A stretch of 64,000 nucleotides of DNA. It comes from Octopus sinensis (taxonomy: Eukaryota). This document shows, piece after piece, positions 14,131 to 27,258 of this stretch. Where the stretch lies: contig NC_043004.1 of NCBI RefSeq assembly GCF_006345805.1, positions 32,426,001-32,490,000 of the forward strand, in the 5' to 3' direction. The notes under the pieces are model-generated. The model made no database searches. It saw only the letters and a program-made list of their open reading frames with translations, and was not told where the DNA came from. Position numbers and translations under genes: made by a program. The stretch's first letter is position 1, and each line of letters begins with the position of its first letter.

Positions 14131-14898
14131 TGCAACAGTGTGTCCATTGCTAAGAAGTGTAAACTCCCTAATCCTACCAACTATTATTCTATTGTTCTCA
14201 CTTCTAACATCTCAAATGTTACAGAAACAGTTATTGATAACTACTTTATTCAATGTTGAGGTGTCAATGACTGCCAGTATGATTTCTATAACTAGATCTA
14301 TTGGGGATTTTCTTACATTAGTGGTTTCCCACTCTTGAGAATTTTGGAAAAAGTAATATTGTTGCTCTTGCCTTCAGCCAATTGTTAAAGATTCATTCAG
14401 CAACCTGCTACACCCACCTAGATGACCAGAGCAATTTCATCTCTATCACTCTGAAGCAGCAACTCAGACGACACTACAGTTGCACAAGTCCACCCAGTGT
14501 AACTGCATCTACTCATGTTATCTTTAATTTCATCCCTTTTAATTCTACCCAAAATACTTTTCCCTTTCCTCCCCTGAAATGCACCTCTCTGGACTCTCCT
14601 TCTTGCCTAGCCTTGATGATATTAATCAATGAGAAATCTTAAGTGCTCTCTTTCTGCCATCTAGATGACTAAAACAAACCAACCACTATATCCCTAGACA
14701 AACAGTTTAACTTTGCTCTGCCTCTGTTTATCTAACTGTGAGGAAATAGAAAATAGACTAACCATTTCTTCAAACGAAGATTTTATTTCATTGTAATTAT
14801 CTAAATGAACTGAGTACATCTCTATGGATCCCTATGAATCATGTAAGGATTAACTTTAATCACTTAATGTTTCTTAGTTTCTGAGACATACTCCTTAA

Positions 14899-15119
14899 CC
14901 CTTTCGTTACCAACCCAGCTGAAACTGGCTCTGACTCTTTAGTATAAATGTCTTGTTTTCATAAGTTTTGAATTCAGATCTTCCACCAAATCTGAGTTAA
15001 AATTTATGTTCCTAACACTAGCTTAATGGTAACGAAGTTAATTTACTAAATTCTTTGTTATATTTAAAATAATTGAAAGAAACACAGAACATCTCAAAAT
15101 AAATACAGTAATGAAAGGG
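14899..15119. mobile_element. piggyBac-type MITE
   Basis: TTAA|ccctttcgttac ... gtaatgaaaggg|TTAA. Confidence 0.8.
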
Positions 15120-15425
15120 TTAAGTTTTTAATCGTATTGAATGAACAAGCAAAAATACTCTATACTGAATAGTGTAGTTTAAGATATATGCTACATCTTA
15201 AAATAAAATAGGATAGTCATAGCTGGAATGCCTTTGACTATAGGATGATCAGAGTGATCAACAACAACAGCAACATGTCTTTGATAGAATCTATTTCATG
15301 TGTGTGAGAGCATATTTACTGTGGGTTTTCATATCTCTTGAATAAGTTTTAGTATTGTTAAAGTTCTTACTGTAGTAAAATTACTTCAAATATTATTTTA
15401 ATAATTATCTTTTTCTTTTTAACAG

Positions 15426-15564
15426 TGGACCAAAACGCTATGATTTTATAGGAAACAAATGGATTTATAAACGTGATGGAACCAGTTTGCATGACTTACT
15501 GCAAAAAGAGATGACAGCAATAATGAAAACAGATATTTCTTTTATGGACTGTGCTTTTAATTGA
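15426..15564 (+). CDS. FXN: Frataxin, last coding exon
   Basis: Polypyrimidine tract and aacag| acceptor. Completes the split Ser codon (AG|T), then reads GPKRYDFIGNKWIYKRDGTSLHDLLQKEMTAIMKTDISFMDCAFN* (frataxin C-terminus). Confidence 0.95.
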
Positions 15565-15585
15565 AGGTTTTTCTTATTTTCTTTT

Positions 15586-15649
15586 AATAAATTCAAGATA
15601 AAATTAATTTATTTTAAAGAAATTGAATGTATGCATGATGTACAATAAA
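15586..15649 (+). terminator. Candidate FXN polyadenylation signals
   Basis: AATAAA at 15586-15591 and 15644-15649, just after the stop codon. Confidence 0.55.
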
Positions 15650-16161
15650 GTGTTTAATATTTATAATATATGAATTTGAATCACTTAAAAATATATTATG
15701 CTTTATGTCATGAAACAGTTTGATCTCAACATTGAGCCACTCCAAACAGCTTTTCAATTTCTATTTAACATGTTACTTTATCATTGAATCATTCCATTTC
15801 TCATCTGACCCACTTAGTTACCAGGTAACACAGAACCTAGCTTTAGATATAACATACAGTTATGATTGTTGGAACTCACAACTTCCCTCTCAACTGGCTT
15901 CTGTGCCAATGGCACATAAAAGTGCACCATTCAAGTGCTAGTAGGGTGTCCATGCTAGTAGGGTGCCAAGAGCACCATTTGAGCGTGATCGTTGCCAGAT
16001 ACATACATATATTTTCAGGAGTGTTCTATTGTTTCCCTTTTCTGTATAGTTGTCCCAAAAGCAGCGACAATTGCCTCAGTAATTGTAGATGCTATGGGAC
16101 TGTGTAGTAAACAGTTTCTTAATTGAATCAATTGGTGTCTCTAAAGTGTCAAAATCTATGA

Positions 16162-16850
16162 TCTCTTATTATAAAAGGCAGATTTTATCTGCCTCCCTTT
16201 GGGAGTTGTAGAAATCTACAATATAGGATTTCTTCAATTACAATTTACCTAGCATTTTTAAGAGTACAATGCATCGCGTCATGCCAGGTCCAGTTTTTAA
16301 AATTTAAACTCCAATTAAGCAAAATTTACAGAAAACTCACATTCTGGTGTGTGTGTCAAATGCTTTTCTTAGTCTGGTTTACACCACACGCAAACGCACA
16401 CACACAGTGGGCAACGAATAAAATGAAAGTAATTCCCTTACTGTAGTGAGTGATTCTTTCACTCTGCCTCCCACTTCCTCTTTCCACACATAGACACACA
16501 AATATATAAATAAAATTGTAAGCTAACGTGCCTGTGTGTGAGTGTGTGTGTGTGTGTGTGTGCGCGTGTGTATGTGTGTGAGGGTGTGTGTGTGTGTGTG
16601 TGTGTGTGCGTGTGCGTGAGTGTGTGACAGGAAAGTTTTTTACGACGAATATAACACCTATATCCAAGTAGCAGAAAGATAAGACAGTAAGGTGTGATTT
16701 GAGGGAGATTTGGCTGCTATTTCTACCATGTTACCAGGTCTAGCTACCATGTAGAGGTCCCCCTCATTGGCTCATATATATATACATACATAAGACAGTA
16801 AGGTGTGATTTGAGGGAGATTTGGCTGCTGTTTCTACCAGGTCTGTTAGG
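16162..16850 (+). mobile_element. Possible Helitron-derived element
   Basis: 5' end a|tctcttattataaaag resembles the Helitron start at 17624. The 3' end is not resolved. Confidence 0.4.
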
Positions 16851-17202
16851 CCATCTCATGTAAACTCAAGCTTTCTCATGCCTTGAACATAAGACCAAAG
16901 CAGAGAATGTATTCTTTTATTCTGCTTTTTCCAGCCATTGGTCTGTGGCCATGCTGGGGCAATGCCTTGAAGAATTGTAGTTTAATGAATCAACTCCAGT
17001 TTCATTTTTGTAAGCATTGTACTTATTCTATCTGTTTCCTTTGTCAAACCACTAGGTGACAGGGATGTAAACAAACCAACATTCGTTGTCAAGCAGTGGT
17101 GGAGGACAATCACAAACACAGACACGCACACACACACACATACATGCATACACATATACACACATACATACATATATATATATATGTGTGTGTATATATA
17201 TA

Positions 17203-17461
17203 TTGCAGCGTGGAAGGTGTTTGTAAGCCATTTAAGAAACACACAAAAACTGTTACATTCACTTCAACATTTAAATTTAATTTGCCAAAATATTTTCGTC
17301 GCTTTCAGACCGCAACCTGTTCACTGACAAAAATATCGTGCTAACAGGTCGCGGCCTCAAAGCGATGAAAATATTTTGACAAATTAAATTTAAATGTTGA
17401 AGTGAATCTAACGGTTTTTGTGTGTTTCTTAAATGGCTTATAAACACCTTCAACGCTGCAA
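17203..17461. repeat. Fold-back inverted repeat (~120-bp arms) containing a hammerhead variant
   Basis: Arms ttgcagcg...cctgtt and aacagg...cgctgcaa, separated by a ~21-nt spacer. Confidence 0.9.
17281..17331 (-). ncRNA. Hammerhead variant with G3-C8 core
   Basis: Minus strand: tttgtca GTGAACA g gttgc-ggtctgaaa-gcgac GAAA atat TT tggcaaa. Confidence 0.6.
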
Positions 17462-17623
17462 CTGTTTTCGTTCCAGCACACGATCTCAGATCAAGTCACT
17501 TGCTATGCAAGTACATCTCTGTAACTATATATATATTTATATTTATATATATATGTATATTGGTAAAAACAGTAAGATAACAAAAGAAAGAAAGAGACCT
17601 CAATATTATGTAAATAGAGGAAA

Positions 17624-18018
17624 TCTTTATATATAAAAGTGAGGTTGTGTGTCTGTCTCCTACGATTTACATTCCTAACTACTCCCACATTTTGCGGTGC
17701 AGTTTAACCAAAACCGGGTATCTTATAGTCGTGATTCATATCGAGACCGTCTGGGTATTAGCGCGCGTCTACGATGAGTCTACGATTTAAAAAAAAATTT
17801 ACCATCAATTTTTCCCATTTTTAATCCATTTTTTACATATATAAGGGAAGTAACTCTCTAAAATTTATTATTAAATCTCAGAACGTAAAAAGCTACAGTA
17901 ACACCCCTCCCCCTTTGTGGTTAGCCATATTGAGATGGCTATTATACTTTACATCTCTAAAAATGCTTATATAATTATTTCCCTTACAAACCCGAGCAAC
18001 GCCGGGCGATACTGCTAG
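17624..18018 (+). mobile_element. Non-autonomous Helitron
   Basis: A|TC start, subterminal hairpin cccgagcaacgccggg, CTAG|T end. A near-identical copy lies at 50575-50977. Confidence 0.9.
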
Positions 18019-18479
18019 TTATTTATAAAAGGGAGTCCATTACATTTTTTAAGATGTCAAGATACCTTTGTATTTTGAAAGAGAGCCTCTTCATGCCAGA
18101 TTGTTGGGGGGGGCTTCCTGTATTGAAAGCTGCATAGTCTTCATAGCAGGAGACCCCCAATATCTGTTAGATGCCCAGAGTAATTACCCCATCTGCCCCC
18201 CCCCCCCCATAAATCCAGCCCTGCAATGTGCATGCTGGTTTTTAGTCTACTTATATATTGCATTCACATCTTTTTTGCATTATCATCAGGGTTCTTGAAT
18301 ACTTTGAGACTTTAGTTTTCTCAGCATAGCTGATGTGAGTGGCTGACTGTATGACAGGGAATATGTCTGAAAGAGCCACCACAGATGGGAGTGATTTTAA
18401 TACAGTTCCCCGATGGACCCTGCTTAGAGTTGATGACTTCACAGAGAGCACTATTGGTGCTGTTGTCTGGCTCTAATAT

Positions 18480-19110
18480 TTAAAAAAAATCTTGTAGTCA
18501 TTCCCATACTTTTTCAGTTTTACCAAGGTCAGACAGTTTGTGACATTTATTGAAGGTCTTTATAAAACTGAGGTATATCACATCCACATTTAAATTGCTG
18601 AACCATTGTTTCAATAACCAGTTACAATGCTATAGCAGCTATGTAAGGCAACTCTTCCTGGATGGAAGCCAATCTGCATGTCAGTGACCAAGTCATTTTC
18701 TTCTAGGAACATGATCAGCTTTCTTATGACAATTCATTCCATGACTTTGCTGGTATGTGAGATCAGAGAGCTAGGCCTGTAATTTTTAGCATCTGCTTTG
18801 TCTTCTGTTTTATGGATTGGTCATATTATACCTCTTTTTAACATTTTAGGAAATTTGCCACATGTAAGGAAACTTGGAAAGGCTTTGTGAGAGCTTTCTT
18901 GCATGTCTTTAAAAGATGAACTAAAAAAATTCTCAGGGCCCATTGCTGATTTCAAGTTCATCTCATCAATGGCTGATATTACATCCTCTTCTTTTATGTC
19001 AACTTATTAATTTATTTGCACACCTCCAAATGGGGAGGTGAGAATACTTTGAAATTGTATATTTAGTATTTCACTTACCCTTATGGGGTCTATAGTTAGT
19101 GAGATATTTT
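18480..19110 (-). mobile_element. CR1/L2-like LINE RT fragment
   Basis: Degenerate YRPxSL..TSKVME and QIGF motifs on the minus strand. Confidence 0.6.
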
Positions 19111-19111
19111 C

Positions 19112-19390
19112 TTCAATTAAAATCTCCAGCCACAAAGATGAGACCATTGTCACTCGTTTTTGAGGTAGTCTGCAGAAGAATATCATAAAAGTGATCCTTC
19201 TGTTCTTTTAGTAAACCTGCTTGTGGGGTGTTGGCAGAGATAATTGTAGCTATACTATTCTGCAAGACTAACCTGAGTTTAAGTACTCTATCGCACACCC
19301 TCTCACTACCTCTGTGACTTTATCCACCCATTTCTCTGCAAGAAGTATGCCCACATCCCCTACTCTATCACTATTACCTTCCCAGAAGAG
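19112..19390 (-). mobile_element. RTE LINE endonuclease fragment
   Basis: [30 protein letters not shown] and VAGDFN motifs. Confidence 0.8.
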
Positions 19391-20060
19391 TTTATGTGTG
19401 TGTGTGTGTGCGTGCGTTTGTGTGTGTGCATGTGTGTGTGTGTGTGTGTGTGTGTGCGTGCGTTTGTGTGTGTGCGTGTGTGTGTGTATATATATATGTG
19501 TGTATGTGTATATATATGTGTGTGTGTGTGTGTGTATATATAATATATATATATATATCATCATCATCATCATCATCATTTAGCGTCCGTTTTCCATGCT
19601 AGCATGGGTTGGACGGTTCTACTGGGGTCTGTGAAGCCAGAAGGCTTCATCAGGCCCAGTCAAATCTGGCAGTGTTTCTACGGCTGGATGCCCTTCCTAA
19701 CGCCAATATATATATATATATACTGTATATCTATATCTATATATATGTATATATATATATATATATATATTTGTAAACAAACAAGAAAGGCTTTGCAAGT
19801 TATGGAGAGAAAGCTACTATGGGGTCAGCTCATTATTTTTCGGTCATTTGTTTGTATTTGAAAATTGTCACTTCAACTTGGAGAATATATATTATTATGA
19901 TATATTATTATACAGTTATAGTATCCTTTCATATTTGTTGGGTGTTGTTGAAGAAATAGAAAGCTTCAGATAGTTAGTTCTTTTGCCAAGACACCTGTTC
20001 ATGCTATCATAGTTCATATGAAGAATGGAAATTCCCATCTCTGTATTTCTGTATAAATTT

Positions 20061-20106
<46 letters not shown>

Positions 20107-20298
20107 TATATCACCGTGACCGACCAGGCAATCAGATGATGCTCATCGCTGGTCACAATGTGCTTCGCATTGTTTTGGCCTTCAAATGAAGCCACCCCGC
20201 TGGCTAAACGAGCAGGTCAACAGAAGAAAGAGTGAGAGAAAGTTGTGGCGAAAGAGTACAGCAGAGATCGCCACCACCCCTTGCTGGAGCCTCGTGGA

Positions 20299-21920
20299 AT
20301 ATTGATCTTACTTTTACGTTTAGACTCTTTCGAAAAAGCACTGCGGTACCACCACCACCCATGTTTGGCAGACAGGGAGAAAAATAAATGTCGAATTGTC
20401 CGCCAAACATGGACGCGAGGGCTCGCGGGTTACTGAGTCTAGTTTTACTGATAGCTACTATATCAACGTTCAGTGACTTGATGTCATTTAGAAGATAACC
20501 TTGCCTGGAAGCTGACGCCAAGCCACGCACATTCACATAAGCTAATTTAAGCATAATTGATGGTTGAAAATTTGTGTTTCACACACAACAGTGAAAGAAA
20601 CGAGAGGGAAGGTTACTTATTCGTTTCGAAAGTTTGAGTAGTTTCCTCCTCTTTTGAAATGTCTTTGAGGAAGTTTTTAAAAAGTTTTTTTTGACAAATA
20701 TTTCTGGCCCCAACCCGACCACATTTGGAAAGAGGGTTTTGAGTGTGTGGTGCTGCGTTTGTGTGACGTGTACTATTTTTATGTGTGTCGGTGGTGTAGT
20801 GCGTGGATGGTTGTTCAGTTTAAAGTCATCTTCACAAATGTCTGTGTTAGATGCGATGTAGTTCATTAGTTTTGTATTTTCTGTGTCTATTGCTGTTAGT
20901 TGTTTGTGTGTTTTTGCGGTGTCGTTGTTGGTTTGATTGTGTAAGGGGCTGTCAGGAGTTATATATCTCCCTGCTTTACTTGCATTTGCTTATTTGGTGT
21001 TTTTTTATCCTTTCCTTTTAAACCCCTGTGGCTATTTGCCATTCTGTCGAACTTTCGTCGTTAGAGGAAAAGTTTGACGAATCAGAAGCATTTGCTTCTA
21101 TATGTGTGTTTGTAGAAAGTGTCGTTGTTTTGTATGGTATGTGTGTTGTTGGGGTATTAGGGGCAGAATTTGTCTTTTCTTCATTGGTATTTGTTTTCTT
21201 GGTTGTTGGTCTGTCTTTTGATGTTGGTCGTGGTGTTGTTTCTCTAGTTGGTTGCGATGTCGGAGGTAATTGTGATGGTGTTGTTTCTCTTCTTGGGGAT
21301 GTGGTTGGGGAGGGAGAAACAGTTTTTGCATCGTCTGCTGTTTTTCCTGTATCTTTACTTATTGTATTGTTGTCGATTGTTTGTGCTGTGTTTACTGTCT
21401 TTTGCGTTGAAGGTGGTGTGGGTAGCAGGGGTTTTCTTCCAGGTTTTGGTAGTGGTTGTTGCTGTTTTTTATATTTTTAGCAGCAGTTGGGCAATCAGAT
21501 TTGAGGTGTGCCTCACTGTTGCACAAATAACATCTTGGCCTCCTGCCCTCCACCACTACATACAATATGTGGTCTTCCGCTAGCTGGCTGCTGGTTGGTA
21601 AATTATTCATCGCTTCTTGATTGATGTGAAGTAAGATCTCGAGCTTTTTACCAGCCCAATTTTCCTCTGGAATGTCAGCGATTTCTAAAATATTTGCTTC
21701 TTTTATATCGAACCAGATGGCCGATGCTAGCCACTGTGTTTCCACTTCTGGAGGCACATTTCTTTTATTGTTATTTTCGTTACTCTGCGCCCAAGATAGC
21801 TAGGTACCATTGTTACCTGGTCTGTGTGCAGAGTAAGCGTCGAAAATTATTTTGCTAATTCTTCCGTTTGGAAGCGAACTTGAACGGTAGCAAATTTATG
21901 CCACCAATTCACATAGTCTT
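20299..21920 (-). mobile_element. Tx1/L1-clade LINE 5' half (ORF1 zinc knuckle plus start of ORF2 endonuclease)
   Basis: ORF1 VEGRRPRCYLCNSEAHLKSDC (CCHC). ORF2 MLKLAYVNVRGL...DIVAISKT...GGGTAVLFRK (APE endonuclease N-terminus). Confidence 0.8.
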
Positions 21921-22552
21921 TAAAATGCCAAACAGGGCGAAGGCACTTCGGCGATCTTACCGTTTACGTCAACTGGACCACGTGCGATTGTTTACATAAG
22001 ATCGTCACTTTCCGCAAAATTTTAATTTTTTTATATATGTGGGGTGAGGGAAGGGTATCTTTTCAAGTCGGCATAAAAGCCAGACAGATAGAGCACGAAG
22101 TTCTTTTGAAGTTGGCGTTCCGTTTGTGTGTATGTGTGTGTGTGTGAAACTATAAATTTACCATTTTTTAAATAAAATTTTCTACAAATACATTTCAGAT
22201 AGTATAGATTTGTAGAAATTTGTATTTAAAAATATTCAGTTTTCAGAAAGTTACAAGAAAACAGTCGGTGAATGTATGGGGAGAGGGCACACATCCGTAG
22301 TTATGTCAAACAACTTAAATTATAATAATGCGAATATTTTCGCTAATTTATTTTTCTCGTGACTTACTATAATATTTTGTACTAAAGGCACAAGGCCCGG
22401 AATTTGGGGAGAGGGGCTGGTCGATTACATCGGTCCAAGTGCTCAACTGGTACTTATTTTATCGACCCTAAAAGGATGAACAACAGCATTTGAACTCCGA
22501 ATATGAAGAAACGAGAAAAATGCCGGTAAGCATTTTGTCAACTGGGCGAAAC

Positions 22553-22641
22553 TAAAGAATACGTACACCCGGTGTTTAGGGTTAGGGTTTAAGGATTAGG
22601 GTTTTCGTTACGCAGAAAACGGGTGGTGTACGTGTTCTTTA
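22553..22641. repeat. Small inverted-repeat element with TTAGGG core
   Basis: taaagaatacgtacacc ... ggtgtacgtgttcttta flanking ttagggttagggtttaaggattaggg. Confidence 0.65.
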
Positions 22642-23283
22642 CCTCTTACTAGAAAGAGAATATAAATAACTCTTGTAATTCGCAATTTACGCAGTTAGCT
22701 TCTGTCATACACTTGACTAGATAAAAAGATGAAGGAAAAAATTGTCTGTTAATTGTATTACCTCCATATAAGCATAATTTATAATTATGGTTGTAATACA
22801 ATGAATTGTTCTGGGTTAGCAAATGACACACAAACTTTCTGTGCGAGATCACTTGGCGAAAGAGCTTCTACGTCAGCCGTGGACAAACTGCAGCTTACGG
22901 CACTTTCTGAATAGCACAACCTCGCGAAAAGTTACCTTGACTTTTTTTTTTGTAGTGCGACCCGTTTCTCGAAGAAGAAGAAGGTTACCTATGCCTCTCT
23001 TACGTGGTTGCTCATTTACTTAAATTAGCGGCCAAGACCTAAAACCTCATCAGACTCACAGAATGGAAGATGGCTGGTCATATTGGATCTGTTGGTAAGA
23101 AAATCTAAAAGACAAAATGTCTCTTACTTTTGAATAGGAAACGACTTCGAAAGGAATTCTTCAGTCTCTCAGCCATTTACTACCCCTAAATCACTGGCTA
23201 GACGTTAAAATACTCAGGAACTCCATCTACATGACTATCCGCTAAGACCAACTTGGTCAGAGAAAAGTCTTTCAAATCTCCCG

Positions 23284-23316
23284 CTTCCTGACGTCACTTC
23301 CGGGATATCATCCAAT
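23284..23316 (-). promoter_or_regulatory. Housekeeping-type promoter module (ETS-CRE-ETS, CCAAT)
   Basis: Minus strand CCGGAAGTGACGTCAGGAAG, plus CCAAT at 23312-23316, in non-repetitive sequence. Confidence 0.5.
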
Positions 23317-24479
23317 AAAACTCAAGTACGAAATAACATCTTGACTTTACCACGAGTATATTTTCCTCTTTCCTTTCTTTTCATTCATATTTTTTATGTT
23401 TATTTTAAACAAAAAAATACCGTCTTTTTTTCTCATGTTTTTTTTCTAAATTGTTACGGAAGTTAATTTTTCTGTGAACCGAATCAGCGGTTCCAGTTCG
23501 TAGTTAAAAAAACCTTTTTTTTCACTGCTTCTTTTACGTTTCTACTGACTTTGGGACAACCCCCAACTACACATATACCCGTCTGAAAAATGCACAATTG
23601 AAATAAATAAATATTTAAACATTAGCGAATGTGCTAGAGCCAGAGGTGAACTTCCATCGAATCGCGTCTCGAAGATGCTTCTATAACCACTTCTATAACT
23701 AATACACTCGATTTTTAGCAATGATAATTCAAAATGTTAGCGGTATTCGGGGTCGATAAATTAAGTACCAGTTATGCACTGGGGTCGATGTAATCGACTT
23801 AATACTTATGTCTGTCCTTGTTTGTCCCCTCTACGTTTCGCCCCTTGTGGGTAATAAAGAAATTGGTATTACTACTACCTGTTTTTCATCCTCTAAAACA
23901 TTGGGTTTAGACAATAAGGACTTATCTAGATTAAGGAGGTCACTTTTTAAAGTGTACGATATTTTGAAAGTAAGAGTTGTGAGTAAATTAGGAGAGAATT
24001 TCGTATCTGAACAACCATGCTACTAAGTAAGTTTCGCATTTTAAAGTAATGGTAATCCTTTTAATTAGACATATATTTTTGTTTCCCGAGATGCTGTTGT
24101 ATAAACAGGATAAACAGAACTTTGTAGAATAAACAGGAAAAAATAGAATTTAAAACATAAGTTTATTATATTTTTCAATTTATATTTTTAATCGACAGAT
24201 GGTGTATAGTGGCTCTCGGCCCCTGAGTCATTTTATTAATTCTGCGATTATACATACATACAAACACACACATACATATACATACATACATACATACAAA
24301 CACACACATACATACATACAAACACACACATACATACATACATACATACATACATACATACATACATACATACATACATACATACATACATGAAATTTTG
24401 ATTTTGATATTAAGATTGGGCTGTTAGGCCGACATACATACATACACACATGAAGTTGCAAGAAATAACGGTTAGTAGA

Positions 24480-25182
24480 ATATATTTGTGTAAAGCCTTA
24501 TTTAACACGTTCGAGTACATTCGGACATGACAAGACCTGTTGCTGCAGAAGTAGTTCCGGTATGAAATTCTCCTCCTGGACACCATGTGTGAAAGCACAG
24601 TGTTTACTTTAACCAACCAAGCTGTTAATATTGGATTGCTCTGTCTACAGCAAATATTTAATATTGTACCAAGTCCTTTTTCGTGGCCTCTTACCTTACA
24701 ACCAAATTATTTGTAAGCAAGATTCGATTATACTGTCGCCATGTTTCTTTTTTGTTGCATGGGTGTATATAGTCCATAGACATAGCAGAAGTTGTCAGGT
24801 TGATTTACACAATGGCATCTATCCGATGTCATTCTAAATTGCCGTTCAAACGTTGAACCAGTAATTAAGATATGTCATGTGATACGTTACCTTATCATGT
24901 GACAAGAACCAGGATTATGTATTAATTTTAATGTATACAAACATAACCAGAGTTTTATTTCACAAAATGTTGACGTGATATAAAAAAAATCTTAAATACG
25001 GATTTGATACCAGGGCATAAGAATTACATGGAAATTGCTATTTATGAACTGTAACAAAATCTTTGTTAGTTATTGTTATCCACAGAATTAGTAGAAAAGA
25101 TGCCCTATAAATATATTTAGAATTAAGCAAGAGAGATAACTCCATTTAGAATAATCAATCGAAAACTTCGCTAAATACAGTG
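24480..25182 (-). mobile_element. DNA transposon 5' fragment, probably Chapaev3-like
   Basis: Minus strand encodes degenerate CVNQPDNFCYVYGLYT...AYKxFGCKV and begins cactg. Family assignment is from memory of such transposases. Confidence 0.5.
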
Positions 25183-25843
25183 TGCAGTATAGGAAGAGGT
25201 GTAGTGTTAAAAATCAACTGATGACAGTAAGGGATATGTTTCGGCCTAATTGAACCTCCTCAGAACTATTTTCTCTCCTGGTGGCAGGGTAGAAGAGTGA
25301 TCAGTGTGTGTGTCGGCAAGGGGTGCGCGCGTGGCGTGTCTGAGAGAGGGAGAGGGTGGGAGATGTAGTGACGTTGATTATGAGTATTCGCTTCAGATTT
25401 TGGCACAATCGATCTCAGTGTTCAACTGGCACCTATTTCATAAGTTCCAAAAGATTGGCAGACAAAGTCGCACTCGGCGGAATTTGAACTCACAACACAC
25501 AGACAGATGAAATGCCGCAAAGCATTTTGCCTAGCGTGCCAACAATTCTGCCAGCTCACCGTAATTATGAATAATTACAGTCAATACGGCCCAAAGAAAA
25601 CACTGAGGAGCGTTTTGCATATTAATTACAAAGATGATAGGATATCAAATAAGGACTATACACACACACACGCACAGAAACATATACATCCTTACATATA
25701 TGTATATGTCTGTATAAATATGTTTCTAAATATTATATGTATAGATGGATGGATGGATAAACGGACGGATAGATAGATACGCACGTACACACACACATAT
25801 GCATCTATGTATATCTGCATATATGTATATACATACATACATA

Positions 25844-25896
<53 letters not shown>

Positions 25897-26639
25897 TATA
25901 TATATATTATATATATATATATATATGTATCGAAAGAAGGACATCGAAGGAAGGTGAAATAAGCAAATTATGGAAAATTATTGCTAAAGCCAAAAAGTAC
26001 AGAGGACGGGGTACCAAAACTGAATTGTGTATTACTGAAAAATTAAACATTATACTCAACAGATAAACCTTCTAAACATTTGGGATGGAATCTTCTCTCC
26101 CTGCATACACAAGCAATATTTTGCACTCAAATATTTCAAAGAAGCGCCCCTATCTGTGACAGTAACCCCACCAAGATAGCTCCTATCCTAAACGTGAACA
26201 CACATAGTACAGAAACTCCGCACAAAGAAGAAATATGCACCAATGGCGAACTACCTCAGCACACAAGTATAAGAACACCATAACTAGAACAAAAACAAAA
26301 TAACGCAAACAAATTGACCACACAATTTGTCCAAAAGACAAATCTAAGGGAGACAAACATACAAAAGATGTCACCTGAAAGTAACCCCCCTTGATTCATT
26401 GTTTTATTTACGTGAAATTACGAGAAGCCTCGTGAACTAAACGAGACTGTTTTCCAAAATGGAGGCGAACACCTTTCTCCATGATATCAGCTTGAAAAAA
26501 TTGTTAAAATAGTAGGATATATACTTACTTTTCTTAACATGAAACTAATGATAGCCTTAATTTACAAATAAAGAAATTATATCCACCAATGCGGTGTTGA
26601 GCACTCATTTTCATCGTTCGACAATTATGTATATATATT

Positions 26640-26860
26640 TCCGTCCTCGTGTTGTATACATTCGAAGCTTTCTTCCAGGGTATCTAATGCGCTTGGCTTA
26701 GATTTCCCTTGGCGGGCTGGCCATATCGGAGCAATCTCAAGATTAATCAGCCGAAATTGCTAAGATGATCTGGTTCTTGACTGATGACTGAGGGCTTCGA
26801 ATGTCCCGTCCTGTGGTTCTTGTGTCGTCTCTGTGGTGTTTCATGTTCTTGTCCATGTCT
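26640..26860. repeat. Dispersed structured repeat (inverted copy at ~34150-34360)
   Basis: Shared ggagcaatctcaagattaatcagccgaaattgc...ggttcttgactga. Confidence 0.8.
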
Positions 26861-26875
26861 GTAATTACATTTTAC

Positions 26876-26959
<84 letters not shown>

Positions 26960-27170
26960 TATTTATATATACACACATATACACATAGATACATAACTAT
27001 ATGCATACAATCATTCAGTGTGTGTGTGTTGATGCATATGTATATACATACATACATACATACATACATGCAGCCGACTAAGACTCCATAAACCAGAAAA
27101 GACACGCGCTGGTACATTTGTCAGTAGAGTATCTTAATCAATGAGTACGGTATTATAGATCATTTACGGG

Positions 27171-27258
27171 AGATCTTACTAATGGGTTTCATACTGAGTA
27201 TTCAAACTGGCTGTTAGAGAACAGTACGGTTAACTAACACGGCACACTCTTCAGAGCT
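27171..27258 (-). ncRNA. Hammerhead motif in the PLE 3' pLTR
   Basis: agct CTGAAGA gtg..(long loop)..tat GAAA cccattag TA agatct. Confidence 0.5.

Noticed and set aside
19630-19660. CTGATGA plus hairpin in a SINE tail
   Set aside because: No GAAA or helix III follows.
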